A DNA stretch of 64,000 bases, taken from NCBI GenBank assembly GCA_047601445.1, contig JASGJH010000001.1, positions 7,136,001 through 7,200,000 on the forward strand. Direction: 5' to 3'. Source of the DNA: Myxococcales bacterium (GTDB taxonomy: Bacteria > Myxococcota_A > Polyangia > Polyangiales > DASUME01). The notes beneath the pieces were generated by a model that worked only from the letters and a program-made list of their open reading frames with translations, had not been told where the DNA came from and did no database searches. Made by a program: the position numbers and the translations under genes. This document shows positions 8,936-17,432 of the stretch, in pieces (within the stretch, counting starts at the first letter, position 1; each line of letters opens with the position of its first letter).

Positions 8936-10117
8936 TCACTCGGTCAGCCGAAAGGGCTCGGCCTGCTCTCCTTGTGCCTGGGCGGCGCCCTCGGCGCGCG
9001 CGATGTAGCCGCGGGATTTTTCGACCTCGGTGCTCAGGGCCTCTACCGTGGTCTTCATGGAGCCGAGTGCCTTGACCTTGAAGGTGTCGATGGCGTCCAT
9101 GGTCTGGTAGATGTTCTGGAATGCCTTCTGCAACGTCTCGATGGGGATGGTGGAAGCCGCCGCTTGCTCGTGAATGGCGCGCGACTGGTTTTGCAGCATC
9201 GCGCTGGTGGATTCGATGATGTTCGCGGTGGTGGAGTTGAGGGCCGTGATTTGGTTGAGCACCAGTTTTTGGCTCGTAAGCGCCTGGGCCACCGTCACGG
9301 CGGTGCTGAGCGCAGCCACGGTGGTGGTGGACGCGCGGTCGACGCCCTTGATCAGCTCCACATTGTTCTTCTTGACCAGGTCGAGCGCGAGGTAGCCCTG
9401 CACGGAGACCGCCATCTGGGTCAACAGGTCGTTCAAGCGCTGACGCACGTAAAAGAGCGCGCCCTCTCGCAGGGCTTTGGCCTTGTTCGCGTCGGCGTAG
9501 TCGAGCTCGTTGGCCTTGGCCTCGAGGCGTGCGTCGAGCTCCTTGCCGATGTGGATCATCTGCTCGAGGCGACCCATGGCCGCCCATAGCGACTGGCGCT
9601 CCACGTCGATGGCCGCGTTGTCTTTGAGCAGCTCGTCCTTGCCGCTCGAGAGGCGCGTGAGGATGGTGGCGATATGGGACTGGGCCGACTTGTAGCTGTC
9701 GAAGTAGTCGCGCATCTTGTTGCCGAACGGCAGCACGCCGAACAGCTTCTTGGGCGTGAGCAGGTTGCCCTGCTTGCCGGGATCGAGGTCCTCCACCGTT
9801 CGTCGCAGCTCCGCCAGATCCGCGCCCACCTTGCCTTCGGAGCCCATGGCCTTGATCGGCCGCTCGAGAAAGCGGTTCGAGTGATTGGAGGCGTCAACGA
9901 TCTCACGGCGGCCCATATTCGTGAGCTGCTCGACCTTTTTGCCGAATTCGGGGCTGTTGGCGTCGAGCGCCACCAGCTCACCGATGAAGGCGTCGGCCTT
10001 GGTTGCGAGTTGAGACTTCTGCCCATCGTTCAGGGGTACGAGACCCGTAGCTTTGCTCGGCGCGACAACTGGAACGGCCTCCGGGGGCGTCAGGACGAGT
10101 TCACCTTCGCTTGCCAT
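8936..10117 (-). CDS. telA: Toxic anion resistance protein, TelA/KlaB family
   Basis: GAGGAG RBS; YFDSYKSAQSHI, ELLKDNA, KKNNVELIKGVDRA..TTV.AL, IETLQKAF. Confidence 0.92.
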   Translation of the reverse strand: MASEGELVLTPPEAVPVVAPSKATGLVPLNDGQKSQLATKADAFIGELVALDANSPEFGKKVEQLTNMGRREIVDASNHSNRFLERPIKAMGSEGKVGADLAELRRTVEDLDPGKQGNLLTPKKLFGVLPFGNKMRDYFDSYKSAQSHIATILTRLSSGKDELLKDNAAIDVERQSLWAAMGRLEQMIHIGKELDARLEAKANELDYADANKAKALREGALFYVRQRLNDLLTQMAVSVQGYLALDLVKKNNVELIKGVDRASTTTVAALSTAVTVAQALTSQKLVLNQITALNSTTANIIESTSAMLQNQSRAIHEQAAASTIPIETLQKAFQNIYQTMDAIDTFKVKALGSMKTTVEALSTEVEKSRGYIARAEGAAQAQGEQAEPFRLTE

Positions 10118-10284
10118 CGCTCTCCTCTTGGGGATGTATCGAGTGTTAGCTTGAGAATGGGGGGGAATTGAGCAGGAATCAACCCGGGCGCGGGACGACG
10201 CCAGGACCATGGAGCGCTGCTCCTCGGAGGCCGGCCCGCTCCGAGCAGCATAACCACGGGGGAGTGCGCGCACCGGCGCGATTG

Positions 10285-10304
10285 CGTGAAGAAACGTGAA
10301 GAAA
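10285..10304. promoter_or_regulatory. Perfect tandem 10-bp direct repeat upstream of telA
   Basis: CGTGAAGAAA twice; minus-strand TATGCT (-10-like) at 10247-10252. Confidence 0.45.
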
Positions 10305-10321
10305 AATCGGGGTTGGAGCGT

Positions 10322-12205
10322 TTAGGCCAGCCGCTTGCTCAGCATCGCCAACACCACCAGCAGGTTCCAGCCCGCGTGCAGCAAGAAGCTCGCGGTGAGG
10401 TCGGAGGTCTTGCGGCGCGCGCGCCCGGCGAACAGTCCGATGCAAAACAAGGTCGGCCACATGAACCACTGGTCGTGGCACAGCGCGAAGACGGCGGCCT
10501 GACAGCGGTTGGCCCAGCGCCAGGGCAGGTAGCCGGAGAGCGCGTCGCTGAGCACGTAGCGGAATAGCAGCTCCTCCGCGAGTGGCGCGAAGATCACCGC
10601 CACCATGATCACCGGGAAGGGGCCGTAGTGGAGCAACAGGGCGCTCAGCATGGTCTGTGTGGTGACAGGGGCCACGGCGGTGCGGTCGGGGATCATCTCG
10701 ATGCCCAGCAAGTTGACGAGCAGCGCGTTGCCGGCGGCAATCAAGAGCAGGACGCCTATCGAGCTGGTGACCGCGCGCGCCACGCTGGGTCGTCGGTCGT
10801 CGCCCTGCGTCGCCGCGCGGCCCCAGGCGAAGGCCTGCTTGAGCGCGGGTAGGCGCAGATAGCCCAAGATCGCGAGCAGGCTCGCGCCCATGCTCAGCAC
10901 CAGCAGGCGCGCCTGCACGGTGTCGTCGAGCGGGACGGGTTCGTGGGAGAAAGGATGCTCCTGAAACCAGCTCTCGAGATTCTCGGCGGCCACCAGGTAG
11001 CCAGAAAAGACCTGCGTAGCGAGCACGATGCCGAACAGCCTGGCGGCTTGCCACAGGGTGATGCCACTCTCCGAGCGGTAGTCGTGGCCCTGTTCGCGCA
11101 GGATGAGCCCCACGTAGTGCACCGGCAGCAGGAGCACGAAGGGCACGCATGCGATGCCTGCGATCACGCCGAGCAGCGCCAACAGGCCCCACGCATCGCG
11201 CGGATTCCAGGGGGCGGCGGGGTGTGCGTAGAACAGGCGCAGGCGTTGGCGCAGGAGCGGGTCGTTGTCGAAGCCGCGGTCGCGCAGCGTCTCGTAGGCC
11301 GCGAGCGCCTGGGCCTGGTTACCGCGCGCGAGCTCGAGCTCGAAGTGGCGTCGACGGGCCTCGCCCGCGTGAAAGCCGTGTTCTAGGCTGCGATAGACGG
11401 CGCGGGCGCGGGCTATCTCTCCCAGTCCCTCCAGGATGCGCGCGTGCAAGAGCTCGTCGGCTTCGCCCGGCATGTACGCTTCGAGCAGCTGGAGCGCGCG
11501 CTCCGCCGGGACGAAGGCGTGCAGCTCCGTGAGCAGGCGCGCCTTGGCGAGCAGCGCGTGGGGCGGATCGGTCCGCTCGAGTCCACGCTCCAGCCACGAT
11601 ACGGCCTCGCCGCGGTTCCCGTGTGTCTTGGCCGCGCGCGCGATGATCAAGCCGACGTCGAGCTGAGGATCGGTGTTCCAGGCGGAGAGCGCCACCTGGG
11701 CCGCCTGATCGTGCTCACCTTGCTGATCGAGCTGCTCCGCCAGCATGAGGCGCATGCGCGCCCCTTCCGGGCTGCTCGCGAGCACCTCACCTTCGCCGAG
11801 CGCCATGTGGATCAGCGCCGCACGCTCGACTCCGTAGTGTTGCTCGGCGCGGAACAACCAGGCCTGCGGTGCGTGCGGGAAGCGCACGCGCAGGTCGACG
11901 TCGCACGCACCGAGCAGGCTGTAAGCGCCGAGCGTGTCGGCCGCGTCGGCATCGCCCGCGGCGGCCAAAAAGCGACAGCGCTCCACGGCTAGCACTGGAT
12001 CGTCGGGCGTGCGCTCCGCGCGTTCGTCGTAGCGTGAAAGCAAGCGCTGAAAGCTCTCTTTCTCGGCGTCACCCAGCGCTGCGACGTGCGCTACGTGGCT
12101 GCCAGGCGCTTCGGGTGCGGGGAGCTCCTGGGCCAGGGCGCAGGTTGCCGCAGCGGACAGCATGCCCACGGCAAACACAAGCGCACGTGCGAGCGACCCC
12201 ACCAT
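10322..12205 (-). CDS. Secreted TPR-like region fused to a CPBP (CAAX/Abi) intramembrane metalloprotease
   Basis: Signal peptide, Ala/Leu-rich helical repeats, TM helices; motifs AEELLFRY, FALCH, LHAGWN. Confidence 0.88.
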   Translation of the reverse strand: MVGSLARALVFAVGMLSAAATCALAQELPAPEAPGSHVAHVAALGDAEKESFQRLLSRYDERAERTPDDPVLAVERCRFLAAAGDADAADTLGAYSLLGACDVDLRVRFPHAPQAWLFRAEQHYGVERAALIHMALGEGEVLASSPEGARMRLMLAEQLDQQGEHDQAAQVALSAWNTDPQLDVGLIIARAAKTHGNRGEAVSWLERGLERTDPPHALLAKARLLTELHAFVPAERALQLLEAYMPGEADELLHARILEGLGEIARARAVYRSLEHGFHAGEARRRHFELELARGNQAQALAAYETLRDRGFDNDPLLRQRLRLFYAHPAAPWNPRDAWGLLALLGVIAGIACVPFVLLLPVHYVGLILREQGHDYRSESGITLWQAARLFGIVLATQVFSGYLVAAENLESWFQEHPFSHEPVPLDDTVQARLLVLSMGASLLAILGYLRLPALKQAFAWGRAATQGDDRRPSVARAVTSSIGVLLLIAAGNALLVNLLGIEMIPDRTAVAPVTTQTMLSALLLHYGPFPVIMVAVIFAPLAEELLFRYVLSDALSGYLPWRWANRCQAAVFALCHDQWFMWPTLFCIGLFAGRARRKTSDLTASFLLHAGWNLLVVLAMLSKRLA

Positions 12206-12216
12206 GAGACGCTACC

Positions 12217-12234
12217 ACACAAATCGCGTGCCAA
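12217..12234 (-). promoter_or_regulatory. Putative sigma-54 -24/-12 promoter
   Basis: Minus strand TTGGCACG-CGAT-TTGT just upstream of ATG 12205. Confidence 0.55.
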
Positions 12235-12256
12235 ACTCGACGCGCCCGAGACGCGT

Positions 12257-12868
12257 TCAGCGCGCCGCTGCGCCTGCTTTCGCGCCCGCCACTACCATTT
12301 CGGTGAGCGCGCGCAGGAAGTGCTCGTCGGCTTCGCCACCCGCGTGCACGACGCGCGAGACCAAGGGCGCCACGCACAGCTCGGCCAACAATCCCGCGTC
12401 ACTCCCCGCGGGGATCTCGCCGCGTGCGATCGCGCGCTCGAAGATCACCCGGCGCAGAGCGGTGTTCTCGCTGCGCATGCGCCGCACCAGGGCGTCCACC
12501 TCGGGATGCGCGCGCTCGGCTTGGATGATGCGCGTGAGTCCGCGCCCCGCGGGACTCGAGAGACTCTCTACGAGTGCGTGCAACAGGGTCTCGAGATCTC
12601 CGTGCAGGCTGCCGGTGTTGGGGACTTCGATGCGGTGGCTGTTCTCGAGCAGCACGGCGTGCACGAGCTCTGGCTTGCTGGGCCAGCGCCGATAGATGGT
12701 GGTCTTGTTGACGCCGGAGGCGAGCGCCACGTCCTCGATGCGCAGGGCCGCGTAGCCCACCAGACCGAGCTGCTCGGCCGTGGCCTTGAGCACCGCGTCG
12801 ACAACCCGGGCGCTGCGTCCCTGCACGCGCAGGCCTTCGGTTCGGCGGGTAATGGGGGGCTGAGACAT
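12257..12868 (-). CDS. TetR/AcrR family transcriptional regulator
   Basis: GYAALRIEDVALASGVNKTTIYRRWPSK; PNTGSLHGDL; divergent from the efflux genes. Confidence 0.94.
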   Translation of the reverse strand: MSQPPITRRTEGLRVQGRSARVVDAVLKATAEQLGLVGYAALRIEDVALASGVNKTTIYRRWPSKPELVHAVLLENSHRIEVPNTGSLHGDLETLLHALVESLSSPAGRGLTRIIQAERAHPEVDALVRRMRSENTALRRVIFERAIARGEIPAGSDAGLLAELCVAPLVSRVVHAGGEADEHFLRALTEMVVAGAKAGAAAR

Positions 12869-12936
12869 GGACTGCACCGTCCGTTCTACTCGAGAAATGT
12901 CCCTGGATCCGAGCGTTTGCGGACCCGTTTCCGATT

Positions 12937-13000
12937 TTATGGCAACCGTTGGTTGCCTTTGCAAGGAGCGAAGTTATTATGGCAACTGATTGTTGCGATA
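12937..13000. promoter_or_regulatory. Two palindromic putative TetR operators, 40 bp apart
   Basis: GGCAAC-CGTTG-GTTGCC (12941-12957) and TATGGCAAC-TGATT-GTTGCGATA (12978-13000); both begin TTATGGCAAC. Confidence 0.7.
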
Positions 13001-13012
13001 GGAGAACGTCTT

Positions 13013-14311
13013 ATGCCCCCGACCGCCGTGTCTGGCGCCATCTCGGAACGCGCGCCTGCTGACCTGCCGTTGACTCGAAGTGCCGATGCGGCCCACGCCG
13101 ACGGTCCGAGTGCAGACCTCTCGCGCGCTGCCGCCAAGACCTTCCTGCGTCAGCACAAGCGTGGGGTGCTTTGCTCGAGTGTGCTCGCGGTGTTGCTCGG
13201 GCTCGGTCTGCTCTTCTTCGCGAGGCGCGGGCTCGAGACCACGGACAACGCGCAAGTGGATGCGGACGTAGTCGCGGTGCCGGCCCGCATCGCGGGCACC
13301 GTCGAGAAGGTGAGCTTCATGGAGAACCAGCGGGTGCGCGCCGGCGACGTGCTGGCGGAGCTCGATGCGCGCGAGGCCCGCGCCAAGCTCGCCCAGGCCG
13401 AGGCCAACCTCGACTCGGCGGTCGCTGCCGCAGCGGCTGCTCACGCCGACGCTGCGGTGGGCACCAGCAACGCCGTGGAAGGGCGCGCGCTCGCCAAGGC
13501 CAGCGTGCAGACCATCGCGCTGGGCACCCAGAGTTCCGAAGACGGCATCCGCGAGGGCACCGCTCAGGTTCAGGCCGCCGAAGCCAAGCTGGCGCAGGCG
13601 CAGATCGACGCCGACCGCGCGCGGCAGCTCTACTCGCTGGGCGCCTTCACCAAGGTGCAGCGCGATGACGCGGACACAGCGCTCTCGCTGGCCAACACCA
13701 GCCTCGACGCAAGCCGAGCCCGCCTGGCGGGGCTACGTAGCGCACTCAGTCAGTCGCGCAGCAAGGTGGCGGAGGCTTCGGCGAACCTGCGTCGCTCCGA
13801 CAACGTGCAGGCGCTGGTTCAGCAAGCCGAGGCGCGCGCCAAGGCTGCCGATGCCAACGTCGAGATCGCGAGGGCGGCCCGCGACTTGGCGGCGCTCGAC
13901 CTCTCCTACACCCAGGTCGTGGCTCCCCATGACGGTGTCGTCTCCAAGAAGGCCATCAACCCGGGGCAAAGCGTGGCCAAGGGCCAGGCCATCGTGCAGC
14001 TGGTGCCCGACGAGCGCTGGGTGACCGCCAACTTCAAGGAAACTCAGCTCGAGCACATGCGCGTGGGACAGTCGGTGCGCTTCGAGGTGGACGCCTATCC
14101 CGGCGTGGAGATCGAGGGCGACGTCGAGAGCCTGTCGGGTGCCACCGGCTCGCGTTTCACGCTGCTGCCTCCGGACAACGCCACCGGCAACTACACCAAG
14201 GTGGTGCAACGCGTGCCCGTGCGCATCCGCGTGCACGAGCTTCCCCACGGCGTCGCGCTGCGCCCCGGCATGAGCGTGGAGCTCACCGTCAACACACGCA
14301 GCCAAGGATGA
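13013..14311 (+). CDS. emrA: HlyD/EmrA family membrane fusion protein
   Basis: GGAG RBS; ETTDNAQV, WVTANFKETQL, PPDNATGNYTKVVQRVPV. Confidence 0.95.
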   Translation: MPPTAVSGAISERAPADLPLTRSADAAHADGPSADLSRAAAKTFLRQHKRGVLCSSVLAVLLGLGLLFFARRGLETTDNAQVDADVVAVPARIAGTVEKVSFMENQRVRAGDVLAELDAREARAKLAQAEANLDSAVAAAAAAHADAAVGTSNAVEGRALAKASVQTIALGTQSSEDGIREGTAQVQAAEAKLAQAQIDADRARQLYSLGAFTKVQRDDADTALSLANTSLDASRARLAGLRSALSQSRSKVAEASANLRRSDNVQALVQQAEARAKAADANVEIARAARDLAALDLSYTQVVAPHDGVVSKKAINPGQSVAKGQAIVQLVPDERWVTANFKETQLEHMRVGQSVRFEVDAYPGVEIEGDVESLSGATGSRFTLLPPDNATGNYTKVVQRVPVRIRVHELPHGVALRPGMSVELTVNTRSQG

Positions 14312-14317
14312 AGTGCC

Positions 14318-15904
14318 GTGTCCCAGGCGATGACATTCGACGACGTGCAAGCCTCTGCGCAGGTCCAGCGGCCCGTGCGCAAGTGGTGGGTCGCCCTGGC
14401 GGTGGCGCTGGGCGCGCTGCTCGAGGTGGTCGACACCTCGATCGTCAACGTGGCGTTGAACGACATCCAGACCACGGTGGGCGCCACGCTCTCCGAGGCT
14501 AGCTGGATCGTCTCGAGCTACGCGGTGGCCAACGTAATCGTGCTGCCGATGACCGCCTGGCTGGGCGCGCGCTTCGGCAAGAAGCGCTACTTCGTGTTCT
14601 CGCTGATCGGCTTCACGCTGGCCTCGGTGCTGTGCGGGTTGGCCACGAGCTTGCCCATGCTGATCATCGCGCGCGTGCTTCAGGGGTTGATGGGCGGAGG
14701 CCTGTTGGCCAAGGCGCAGGCCTTTTTGTTCGAGACCTTCCCCAAGGAAGAGCAGGCCCTGGCGCAGGGCTTCTTCGGCGCGGTGGTGATCGCAGGCCCC
14801 GCCATCGGGCCCACGCTGGGCGGCTTCATCGTCACCAACTACGACTGGCGCTGGATCTTCCTGGTCAACGTGCCGGTAGGCATTGCGGCCGTGTTCCTGT
14901 GCCTGGCTGCGCTGCCCGAGGATACTGGCAAGGCCGACGCTTCGCGCATCGACTGGCTGGCGATCGCCCTGCTCGCCACCGGACTCGGCAGCTTGCAGAC
15001 GGTGCTGGAAGAGGGCAACAGCGACGATTGGTTCGACTCGCATTTGATCACCTTCCTGGCTTGCACGGCGGTCTTCGGGTTGGTGGCCTTCGTGTGGCGC
15101 GAGTTGACCAGCGACAAGCCGATCGTGAACCTGCGCGTGCTGCGGCATCGCTCCCTGTGGGCAGGCAGTCTGCTCTCCGTGGTGGTGGGCATGGCGCTCT
15201 ACGGCGCGCTCTTCGCGATCCCGATCTTCGCGCAGACCATCATGAACTACACGCCCGAGCAGACCGGCTGGCTGCTGTTCCCGGGCGCCTTGGTGGCGGC
15301 GTTTTCGATGCCGCTCGTGGCGCGCTTGCTCGGCAAGTTCGACGCGCGCATGGTGCTCGCCGGCGGCGGTCTGGTGCTGATCTCGGCCTTGTTCTCGTTC
15401 ACGAACCTGAGCCCACAGACCGGATCGTCCGACTTGTTCTGGCCGTTGATCGTGCGCTCGGTGGGCACGACCATGATGTTCTTGCCGCTCAACCTGGCCA
15501 CCATGGGACCCATTCCCAAGCAGGAGGTGGGTGAGGCGGCGGCTTTCTTCAACCTGACGCGTCAGCTCGGAGGCAGCATCGGGGTGGCGCTGCTGACGAC
15601 ACTGCTCACCAATCGCCAGGCGTTCCATCGAGCCGTGCTGGTGGAGAAGCTCGTGCCGAGCGATCCGGGCGTGCTCGCGCGCCTCGACACACTCACCCAG
15701 ATGTTCGTATCCAAGGGGGCGGACCTCGCCCAGGCGCAGCAGCGCGCGCTCTCGATGCTCGATGGCACGGTGAACCAGCAAGCGGCGGTGATGTCGTTCG
15801 GAGACACGTTCTGGGCCGTCGGGATGTTGGTGCTGTTGTGCCTGCCGCTGGTGCTCCTCCTGGGCAAGGCCAATCGCGGCGCCCCGATGGACGCCGGGCA
15901 CTAG
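14318..15904 (+). CDS. emrB: DHA2 family MFS efflux permease (EmrB/QacA)
   Basis: LEVVDTSIVNVAL, WIVSSY, GPAIGPTLGG, WRWIFLVNVPVG, RQLGGSIG. Confidence 0.95.
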   Translation: MSQAMTFDDVQASAQVQRPVRKWWVALAVALGALLEVVDTSIVNVALNDIQTTVGATLSEASWIVSSYAVANVIVLPMTAWLGARFGKKRYFVFSLIGFTLASVLCGLATSLPMLIIARVLQGLMGGGLLAKAQAFLFETFPKEEQALAQGFFGAVVIAGPAIGPTLGGFIVTNYDWRWIFLVNVPVGIAAVFLCLAALPEDTGKADASRIDWLAIALLATGLGSLQTVLEEGNSDDWFDSHLITFLACTAVFGLVAFVWRELTSDKPIVNLRVLRHRSLWAGSLLSVVVGMALYGALFAIPIFAQTIMNYTPEQTGWLLFPGALVAAFSMPLVARLLGKFDARMVLAGGGLVLISALFSFTNLSPQTGSSDLFWPLIVRSVGTTMMFLPLNLATMGPIPKQEVGEAAAFFNLTRQLGGSIGVALLTTLLTNRQAFHRAVLVEKLVPSDPGVLARLDTLTQMFVSKGADLAQAQQRALSMLDGTVNQQAAVMSFGDTFWAVGMLVLLCLPLVLLLGKANRGAPMDAGH

Positions 15905-15908
15905 CATC

Positions 15909-15927
15909 GCGCTGACTGAGTCAGCGC
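15909..15927. terminator. Inverted repeat between convergent genes
   Basis: GCGCTGACT-G-AGTCAGCGC; no U-tract. Confidence 0.45.
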
Positions 15928-15932
15928 AATGT

Positions 15933-17351
15933 TCAGCGCTTGTCGCCAGGTTCGAGCAGCAAGCTGTGATGCATGATGCAGTCGGAGAGCGGGCTCGAGA
16001 CGGGGCTCACTGAGAGCACCACTCGGCTCTTGGTGCGCGCCAGAATCGCGGCGTCGGAGCCCTTGAGCGTGCTGCCTGCCACGTCTGCCTTGCTGTCGCT
16101 GAGGTCGAGCGCGATCTGTCCCTTGATCTCGCCCGCCGTGAGCATCACTTCCGAGTGCTCGACGATGACGCCTGCGGAGACCTTGGCGGCGTCGAGGCGC
16201 GCTTCGCTGTTGCGGATGATGACCTGGCCGGCGGTCACGTGGTCGAGCCAGGCGTGGTGGCAGTTTTCGAGTAACACACTGTCGAAGCTGCCGCGGATCA
16301 CCATGTAACTTCGATCCCGACAGATGACCTCGGTGCCACGCGCAGCAGGCTTTCCGGGTCGCTCGGGCTTGCTCCAGGGGCGCGTGAAGAAACCGTCGAC
16401 GCTGGCCACGAACTCCGCAGGCTGATCGCGCATCATCACGTGTCCGGCGTCGGGGAGGTACTCCAGGCGCGCGGTGTCGATGCGCTCGCTGAGCAGCTTC
16501 CCGATGCGCGGTGGCACCACCTTGTCGAGCTTGCCCTCGAGGATCAGGGTCGGCCTGTGCTCGCGCTCGATCGCCAGGCCGAAGTTGTAGTCGAGCAGGG
16601 CCGTAGCGAGCAGCACGGATGGGCTGCGTCCGATGAGCCCCGAGTCGGCCAGGGCGGCCGAGGATGGTGTGGCGAGGCGCAGCATGTGGACGATGAAGTC
16701 GCCGACCGACTGGATGGCGTGCCCGATCCGTGGCGTGTCCTCGCGGATGTCCTCGAGCTGTGCCGCGAGCTGCGCATGGAGCAGCACCTCGGGTCGCAAA
16801 ATGCCGATCGGCGCTGCGAGCACCAGGCGACGCACCTGCTCGGGACGCTTGCTGGCGAAGAGCAGGGCCAACAGGGCTCCACTCGAGTGCCCGAGCACGT
16901 CGACGCGCTCGAGGCCACAGGCATGGATCACCGCTCCCATGGCGGCCAACATGCGGTCGGGGCCCAAGTCTTCGCTGTGGTAGCTCGAGCGGCCGAAGCC
17001 GGGCAGATCGAGCGCGATGATGCGACGTCGATAGCTCAGGCCCGCGAGCGCCGGGAAGAAGTCTTCGATGCCCACCGGGCCGATGCCGTGAAAGATCAGG
17101 AGCGGCGGCTCCTCTGAGGTCGACGGGCCCGCCTCGAGCACGTAGAGCAGTGATCCATCCTTGGGGTCCGGCACCCAGGAAGCGCGCGCATTCTTGAGCC
17201 GAGGTAGGGACGCAGGGAGAGGTGCGTCACCTTTGCAGGTCGTCGCGGCCTGCGCGGAGGCCGTCAACGGGTGCGGCGCGCCGATGTGTTGGCCGCGCTC
17301 GCAGGCGGCAAAGCAGAGCAGGACCAAACACCATGCAAAGCGAACCAGCAC
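15933..17351 (-). CDS. Alpha/beta hydrolase lipoprotein with a C-terminal beta-helix-like extension
   Basis: Lipobox FAAC; FHG, DLPGFGRS, GHSSG nucleophile, DKVVP, AGH; repetitive beta-rich tail. Confidence 0.85.
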   Translation of the reverse strand: MLVRFAWCLVLLCFAACERGQHIGAPHPLTASAQAATTCKGDAPLPASLPRLKNARASWVPDPKDGSLLYVLEAGPSTSEEPPLLIFHGIGPVGIEDFFPALAGLSYRRRIIALDLPGFGRSSYHSEDLGPDRMLAAMGAVIHACGLERVDVLGHSSGALLALLFASKRPEQVRRLVLAAPIGILRPEVLLHAQLAAQLEDIREDTPRIGHAIQSVGDFIVHMLRLATPSSAALADSGLIGRSPSVLLATALLDYNFGLAIEREHRPTLILEGKLDKVVPPRIGKLLSERIDTARLEYLPDAGHVMMRDQPAEFVASVDGFFTRPWSKPERPGKPAARGTEVICRDRSYMVIRGSFDSVLLENCHHAWLDHVTAGQVIIRNSEARLDAAKVSAGVIVEHSEVMLTAGEIKGQIALDLSDSKADVAGSTLKGSDAAILARTKSRVVLSVSPVSSPLSDCIMHHSLLLEPGDKR

Positions 17352-17432
17352 TCATTCACATCTAGCATCCCGCGAGACTTGTGGACGTTTCCGAGCGCAC
17401 TCCCGGGCACAAGGATTGCCTTTGAGGGCAGC

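Noticed and set aside
12086..13012. N-terminal extension making EmrA 741 aa
   Set aside because: Overlaps the tetR gene in antisense; an RBS supports the start at 13013
13733..15907. 724-aa - strand ORF and similar long antisense ORFs (19-1152, 35529-36995, 51659-53677)
   Set aside because: They mirror well-supported genes on the opposite strand
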